A DNA stretch of 64,000 nucleotides from an uncultured Thermoplasmatales archaeon (GTDB taxonomy: Archaea; Thermoplasmatota; E2; UBA202; DSCA01). A program made the position numbers and the translations under genes. The stretch covers positions 1 through 64,000 of the forward strand of contig CAZESS010000007.1 of the NCBI GenBank assembly GCA_964514975.1. The letters are read 5' to 3'. How positions within the stretch are numbered: the stretch's first letter is position 1; the number at the start of each line of letters is the position of its first letter. Positions 60,001 through 64,000 of this stretch are shown here, piece by piece. Below the pieces are notes generated by a model, which ran no database searches, was not told the origin of the DNA, and worked only from the letters and a program-made list of their open reading frames with translations.

Positions 60001-63000
60001 CGACGTCCAGCTCGTTGGTTACGTTAACCATGGGCTCGGCCATACTGCAGCCAACCGCGGTGGCAGAGAACGTGATGTTCAGCCATTCGCCGTTGGGCAG
60101 ACCCTCGGGGTAACTGAGTGGTGCCGGAGGTGCAAGGCCGATGATTTCGACGTTGTCGATTGCCCATTCCTCAGCATATGAGAGACCGTCGTAATAATAG
60201 AACTCTATCTGCACGTCGGATGGGTCAGTGTAGCCGGATGCGTCGAAGGTCAGCGTCTGATGACAGTCATGGTCGGCGGTGTACGTGGCCAGGGTTTCCT
60301 CAAGGGAACCGGCCGAGTAGGTACGAACCTCAGCGTAGTCGCTCGGACCCCAGTAGTCGAACTTGGAGTCAAATTCGAGCGTGATATCGCCGTATGAAGC
60401 GTATGAGGAGAGATCCATGGACGGGCTAAGCAGTCCCACATCGTAGTCAACGCCGCTTGAATCATCTGCGTAGGCATAGAATCCAGTGCTATTCGGTGGC
60501 GCATAATAGTAGTAATCATAGGCTTCCCATTCTCCAGTGCCGCTGTAAATCTGGTTGTACCAGCCCGGGGGCGGGAACGTCGAGAAGTCATTTTCGTAGG
60601 CGGTAGATGTAATCGATGTGCCGTTGAGGTAGAAGTTGTCGATTGCCCAGTACTGTGTTCCGCCAGAGTAATAACTTTCGTAATACCGGAACATTATCTG
60701 GACGTCGCTCTCACCGGCCGCGTAGCTACTGATGTCATAGGACATCACCGTGCCACTGTCATAATAGTAAGATAGGTCGTCAATTTCCGTCCAGGTGGTA
60801 CCGCCATCAGTTGAGATTTCCACTTCCTCATCCGCATATCCATCTAATAGGGTATAGAACTCCAGTGTGACAATATCGTAAGCGGAGCAGTCGTAGGACT
60901 GCGTGATGAGCTCGTCTTCCTCGCCGCTTGCTGTACAGGTTACATTGAGCATGCCGGCGTCGGCAGCCCAAGTGTTCCCGTTGCCGTCGACATCGGTGAC
61001 CGTCCACATGCCGGGTACGCCGCCAGCGAAGTCCTCTGAACCAATTGTGGCCTGGGTCAATGTGCCAACCCAGAAATCATCAACGGTCCAATCATCAAAC
61101 TCGCTGGTACCGTCAGTGCTGTAGAACCGGAACGCTATCTTGACGTTGGACTCGCCGTCGGCCCACGAGGATATGTCGATTTCCTGAATACCCGTATGGT
61201 CGCCATAATGAGCAAGTAACTGTGTCCATGTGGAGCCGCCATCTGTGCTGCCCCAAACCTCGCCGTATGAGTCGCCGCTGGACGTGCTATTGTAGAAATC
61301 GCTGTAGAATTTCAGCGTCGTGCCGGTCTGACCGGTACAGTCAATCACCGGGGAAATCAGCCATTCATCCTGTTCGCCGGAGGATTCCTCAACCGTAGCT
61401 TCGCCGCCAGCAATAACCCACGGGTCACCGCGAGTCTGGTTCTCAATCGTCCAGCCAATGTCAACATTGTCGAAATCCTGCGACATTACGGTCTGCGGCT
61501 GCGGGCCGCTGGTGTTGTAATACCACCATTTGAGGTTCTGACCGCCGGTGACGGTCTCTATCGCGTCGGGTGCTGGATTGGAGCAGTTGAGCACGAGGTC
61601 GTCGGGCAGGAAGTCAACAATCGAGATGTCGGTGAGGTTGTAGGTGCCAAGGCCGTTGTTGTGGATGGCCAGCAGGAAATCCGCGTCGGTGCCGTTGCGC
61701 ACGTATGCATGACCTGTCCACTGTCCGGAATCCTCATCCCATACATATTTGTATACATCCATATCCGGGATGGGGTTGCCGAACACCGTCGCGTTGTCCA
61801 TGTCAGTTTTGACGACAGAGCCGGTAGTCATAACACAGAGTGCCTCGACATCGACATCGTTGGTCATGTTGAAGCCGGTGTCGTCCACGGTCGCCTCGAA
61901 CTCGATGTACCGCACATCGTTTTGCGCCATCGGGGTGGTAAGGTTCCACTCGATGGTCTGGCCGCTGACGCTCGTCGGGTTAACCGTCGCGCTGCCGCTC
62001 ACGTAGCTCAGGCCAGTGGGCAGCACGTCTGTGATGTGGACGTAACTGGTGTTCACATTCAGGCCGTCGTTCTCGACGGTGATGTTGAACGTGACCGTGT
62101 TGCCGACGTCTTCCTCGACGTATTCAACCCAGCTGCCGCCGTCCCAGACGGTTTTTTCAACATCGATACTGGGTACCTCAAGCGGTGAAACCATCACGGC
62201 TGTCTCGATCTCGGTGTGGATGGTGGACACGCCGTCCCACGGCGCACTATCGGCCGTGAAGTTGGACGGGACGTTCATGCCCTCAAAGTACACGGGGTCG
62301 GCTGCTGCCGGATAGTCCGGGAGCCACAGCTGACCACCGGGCGATTCTGAGCCATCAAGCACGGCGTAATAGTCCTGCGACACGTTCGCGGGGTTGTTGT
62401 GATTGGTCGCGCCATGAGCGGAGCAGTTGTGTCCCTCGGGCAGCGTTCTGCCCGGGCCCATGTCGGTGCCGTTCCAGTCAAAGTATGGGTCGCTGACGGC
62501 GATGGTCTCCGTGACGGAGTTCACGCCTGCCATGGTCACCCAGTGACCGCCGACGCGCGTCCAGTCGCCGCTGTCATTGTACCAGAAACCGAGGAGCAGC
62601 ATGACGTCCTGGCATCGCTCAAGTTCATCCTCTAAGAACGTGAAGTTGGGCTGCCATTCCGTGTGCTCATACAACAGAGGGGTCGTCGGCCATGTGGCAT
62701 TTATCCAGTCCCTGATGCCGGCCTGCATCGTGTCCGGGTCGATACCCGTCGTGGGGTCGTTGCCCAGCGTGGTGTGCAGGTCGTTGATGAGCGTTGCAGG
62801 GTCAGACGTTGTCACCAGGTCATCGTATGCCGAATGAGATGCATCGTACCACCAGAAACAATCCGCGACCGCCGTTGGGCCGTCCATGGCCGGGTCGACA
62901 AACTGCTTCTGATCGAAGTCAGGCATGCCGCTCGGCGCTCCGGTTGATTCAGGCTTGAAGTACCAGTCCATCGTGACGTTGATGTTCAACTGGGACACGT

Positions 63001-63409
63001 TTGTCGGTGGCATCACCGACGAATTGTGACCCTGCCGTGTATCGGTTGTCACCCAGACATCAATCGTCTTTCCAGGAGCATATTCCGGTGTCGGAATTTG
63101 AGAATATGTCACCTGATAAAGTCCGGGGTCGCCTTGTGCATCATCCTGCGTGGTGGTGTTGTGCCAGTGGGGATTATCCGAAGCGTCGAACGTTCGCGTG
63201 ACGACGGTGGCGCCGTTAATGCCATTGCCTTCGTCGTCGGTTACGTGGCCGCTTACAACACAGATAATACCGCTTGCTTCCGCATCATCCGATACGTTCA
63301 TTCCCAACAGAGAAAGACCCGATATCACCAGTGCCAGCGCAATCACCGTACTTACCAATGCTTTACTAGTTATGTTCACCTTGAATGCTTCTTTGCTGTT
63401 TGCTTTCAT
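54077..63409 (-). CDS. 3110-aa surface protein: papain/C39-like domain, DUF11, multiple adhesin-type jelly-roll domains, propeller-like region, C-terminal Ig-like module
   Basis: Signal peptide; GPTAVA...GGHWVT; repeated LISP.IDC...W.IDD/N motifs. Confidence 0.88.
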   Translation of the reverse strand: MKANSKEAFKVNITSKALVSTVIALALVISGLSLLGMNVSDDAEASGIICVVSGHVTDDEGNGINGATVVTRTFDASDNPHWHNTTTQDDAQGDPGLYQVTYSQIPTPEYAPGKTIDVWVTTDTRQGHNSSVMPPTNVSQLNINVTMDWYFKPESTGAPSGMPDFDQKQFVDPAMDGPTAVADCFWWYDASHSAYDDLVTTSDPATLINDLHTTLGNDPTTGIDPDTMQAGIRDWINATWPTTPLLYEHTEWQPNFTFLEDELERCQDVMLLLGFWYNDSGDWTRVGGHWVTMAGVNSVTETIAVSDPYFDWNGTDMGPGRTLPEGHNCSAHGATNHNNPANVSQDYYAVLDGSESPGGQLWLPDYPAAADPVYFEGMNVPSNFTADSAPWDGVSTIHTEIETAVMVSPLEVPSIDVEKTVWDGGSWVEYVEEDVGNTVTFNITVENDGLNVNTSYVHITDVLPTGLSYVSGSATVNPTSVSGQTIEWNLTTPMAQNDVRYIEFEATVDDTGFNMTNDVDVEALCVMTTGSVVKTDMDNATVFGNPIPDMDVYKYVWDEDSGQWTGHAYVRNGTDADFLLAIHNNGLGTYNLTDISIVDFLPDDLVLNCSNPAPDAIETVTGGQNLKWWYYNTSGPQPQTVMSQDFDNVDIGWTIENQTRGDPWVIAGGEATVEESSGEQDEWLISPVIDCTGQTGTTLKFYSDFYNSTSSGDSYGEVWGSTDGGSTWTQLLAHYGDHTGIQEIDISSWADGESNVKIAFRFYSTDGTSEFDDWTVDDFWVGTLTQATIGSEDFAGGVPGMWTVTDVDGNGNTWAADAGMLNVTCTASGEEDELITQSYDCSAYDIVTLEFYTLLDGYADEEVEISTDGGTTWTEIDDLSYYYDSGTVMSYDISSYAAGESDVQIMFRYYESYYSGGTQYWAIDNFYLNGTSITSTAYENDFSTFPPPGWYNQIYSGTGEWEAYDYYYYAPPNSTGFYAYADDSSGVDYDVGLLSPSMDLSSYASYGDITLEFDSKFDYWGPSDYAEVRTYSAGSLEETLATYTADHDCHQTLTFDASGYTDPSDVQIEFYYYDGLSYAEEWAIDNVEIIGLAPPAPLSYPEGLPNGEWLNITFSATAVGCSMAEPMVNVTNELDVEASATITGDTLTGSDTADVTEFLDMNPPTTTKTLVGPAVDANQSGPSGCNYTVSLWDSWGDGWNGGTLDVYVNGDIVHSGLTVTTAQGHGPVTAEIPVMPGDEIFFDYTYGSYATENYYEIFDCSGASVYNMSCGSSDTAYDYTVNVPSARGHRLDLLDEGFEGTFPPTGWTIIQHSGTGTWEQWDYDDYHTCEPPGSGDYYALANSDDNPSDIFDVGLFTPSLDCSNTNEVTLTYARDYQNYAGYDEAAVNVYSGGTGSANFEEQIWWSDSDDPYGGVTASHTFDPAGYSDPSDVYIEFLYDTNGNDWLWGLAIDDVHVEKELPQVPPADEKWYITSSTDLWFHAEDDISGVQYINITHWYDANDDGSDVQPGETTVFNVVDNGGMDDNPAVGVIDYNMTLADEGLHQVRYYSVDMIGNTENTTVEEDYVDDTPPETEISYEGPYWNDAGTHWVSCSTDIILTPNDLPENYHVDSSTTYYRYWNQFTGWTDWMNATGGGGGGGDQYSFNFDSNDGGWTPWADWDPVGDWEWTDDYDVNDYQGTHDPPTAAHSGDGLWGTVLYNEYTNSGGETYLSKTFDFSGFSSLTMNFWYWSDLFGSWDYGYVEVNGNEVWSVDDYPGTAWEEATINLDSYAGQSDVNVTFGMHATTVVAYAGLYIDDVSFTQAARDRVATISLPDDGLYYIEYYSTDALGNNETPLNNQTLIADCTPPGIDKEIGQPQYYDSDDDKMYVNSSTPFTITAYEQSPAGPQIEFYLEDFEAGTGGWTTVDGDGGGYTWERVDTDVSGCDAGGASGWRMGIDDDDNNDDNVNDQLISPVIDCTGRENVLLDFDGDFEDFGGHGEFWVNVSADGGSTWTNVLYQTEDLDPAGYGTGFNQDPRLPLDISAYADNNPNFVVKFTYSDTDETGASGWAWGAQVDNIRLVEQPAISGVTSGFNTSEYRVWYNGHWSDWTDIGSGAVIQPFDRQCTHYLEIRAFDNVGNEYVRNQTYYVDNAGPLMNVTVGDPFCYGTHVTSDTKITVDASDSGEFLGEGRDIFYGYMAYDPGSTIPEGPIEFPSDDPGAVTSIAPTSSNYFIAGACWADGTWYGVEYGGYGDNNLWTIDPSTGDMTVVGSYGVSNLNGLAYDPSTQTMYGASGESLYTVDPSSGATTYVGDFNTGYTDVMIGIACDSSGNMYGVDIGTSYNNRVWAIDTATGDATLIGQTGLDLYYAQDVAYDKDSDILYLAGYTYSARDKETQTETPIDALAPEPRDTNRAGGLYTVSTADGSTTLIGSFINSAEVTGFAIPYTGGGQGPDPIPGCDSGVQNLEYRIWYQGSWSNWVSYPGYPALLGEEDRSLPAGSDLIDELNTIGNNLPTIEDETAIEVDAKAEPTTGEPTRAGNVLFEQVPHTPSQSWSFGTSDYNMGYKIYENFWDVAGSTRSVTWYGLTLYYSGGWYPGDPAGMNFYVDFYSDPASDTSPSDLVQSFDLSPGDITVTDTGLDYAGFSMYKFDATLPSTVTLNEGWIAVQSHDDADGDTFMWASSPDGDGYSYQGGSGPTYDDRAFTLYGAPPGITLDGECTHYVEVKATDNLGQTRTINNTYKVDNSPPQTTTSPDITSKNPSPGTPITISAVDQGACPVGGYTIYYQWKDQPVQHGDVNSSVTLTAPTPGTWTITYWAVDCLGNEEQHHTVEFRVMPDEQITDLLAFDGPAEKVDDHWEITPDTKVMFDMQAAAPLGIAEIWYRIDNGTGITGEFTKYTGPFTMPTGTHSLYYYGVDNVGRFTPTARTIFVVSAVNQAPTTTCTLNPESPNGDNGWYTSDVTVTLTAADPEGDTITTYYKVDDGEWTEYTGPFTITEHEEHTIYYRSTDSRDNQESTSTKTLKIDQDAPEITVHKPATGNLYLFNRAVMPLPGKSTVIVGKIDVEVSVSDPATSGIAGATLSFNGEVKKTFTDHTSWTLDEFAIGPKTITVEATDGAGNKATENIEVWLLNL

Positions 63410-63462
63410 GTTTTGCCTCCAAACCTATATGGCGAGAACGGTATATAAAAACTTCGGTTGGA
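63399..63462 (-). promoter_or_regulatory. Promoter/5'UTR duplicated at 43988..44051
   Basis: 57/64 identical to the first copy. Confidence 0.85.
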
Positions 63463-63485
63463 ATGCCGTGGCGGGACGCCGGTCG

Positions 63486-64000
63486 CTATGGACACCCGCC
63501 GTGCCAGACGCCCGATGTGTCGGTCTCGACAAAGACGGCCGTCCCGCGCTCTATCGGAAAATTATGTGACGGCGGGGAAATACCCATCACGAATGAGGTA
63601 AACGATTGCGTGGCGGCGTCCCATTTGCTCACGATCGTGCAGTTATCGATGCTCCCCCCGAAACCCTGCGCCGTCGTATCCGACGCGTTGCACCAGCCGA
63701 CCAAATTGAAGCCCGGTTCCATAGCAATGGAGATATGTACAGGGGCGTCCCCACAAACGGTGAATGTGACGGGAGATGTAAGATGTACCATGTATCCATG
63801 CCCCGGCTCGATGGCGTAACTATACTGGGGCGGCGAGACATTGACCAGATATGTCAGGAAACATTCATCGGAAGCATCATATGCAGCTACAATGGTGCAT
63901 CCCGGGAGAGCCGCGCCCAGCGCCTTTGCGGTGTAGTTGGCCTGCACCGGGATGGTGAACACGTTCCATCCCTGCTCGAAGTGGAACACCTGTCTGACCT
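63486..64000 (-). CDS. C-terminal part of a probable secreted protein (two GWN/GFN repeats); start outside the window
   Basis: QGWNVFTIP and PGFNLVGW repeats, each followed by a similar stretch. Confidence 0.7.
   Translation of the reverse strand, partial: VRQVFHFEQGWNVFTIPVQANYTAKALGAALPGCTIVAAYDASDECFLTYLVNVSPPQYSYAIEPGHGYMVHLTSPVTFTVCGDAPVHISIAMEPGFNLVGWCNASDTTAQGFGGSIDNCTIVSKWDAATQSFTSFVMGISPPSHNFPIERGTAVFVETDTSGVWHGGCP

Noticed and set aside
39680-63819. Many long antisense and alternate-frame ORFs (e.g. 47076..48380, 41158..42258)
   Set aside because: Shadows of GC-rich coding genes, with no independent motifs.
1-64000. CRISPR array or cas genes to explain the CARF protein
   Set aside because: No regularly spaced repeats or Cas motifs were seen.

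Overview
Archaeal DNA: two tRNAs carry canonical-position introns, promoters are TATA-type, and the gene content suggests Thermoplasmatota (inference). The window has two parts. (1) 1-37.3 kb is a visibly AT-richer integrative element / defence island ending at tRNA-Gly(CCC), next to a tyrosine integrase. About 32.6 kb of its cargo lies between two inverted ~170-190 bp repeats (1-188 and 32781-32968). Each repeat carries an outward-pointing small Cys-rich gene and ends in a palindrome resembling a recombinase core site. The cargo holds a YaaA/DUF6884-like + GIY-YIG-like pair, an SbcD/SbcC-like pair, a tightly coupled six-gene operon (SF1B helicase, UvrD helicase, beta-CASP nuclease, stand-alone CARF, PIN, HAD) that I cannot match to a named system, a broken IS, an attC-like hairpin, McrBC and a DUF499/DUF1156/PLD-SNF2 restriction-like system. 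(2) 37.4-64 kb is GC-rich host chromosome with tRNA-Pro(CGG), a lipoprotein and a cluster of very large secreted/surface proteins plus a gingipain-type C25 peptidase. All family assignments come from motifs read by eye, not from database searches.
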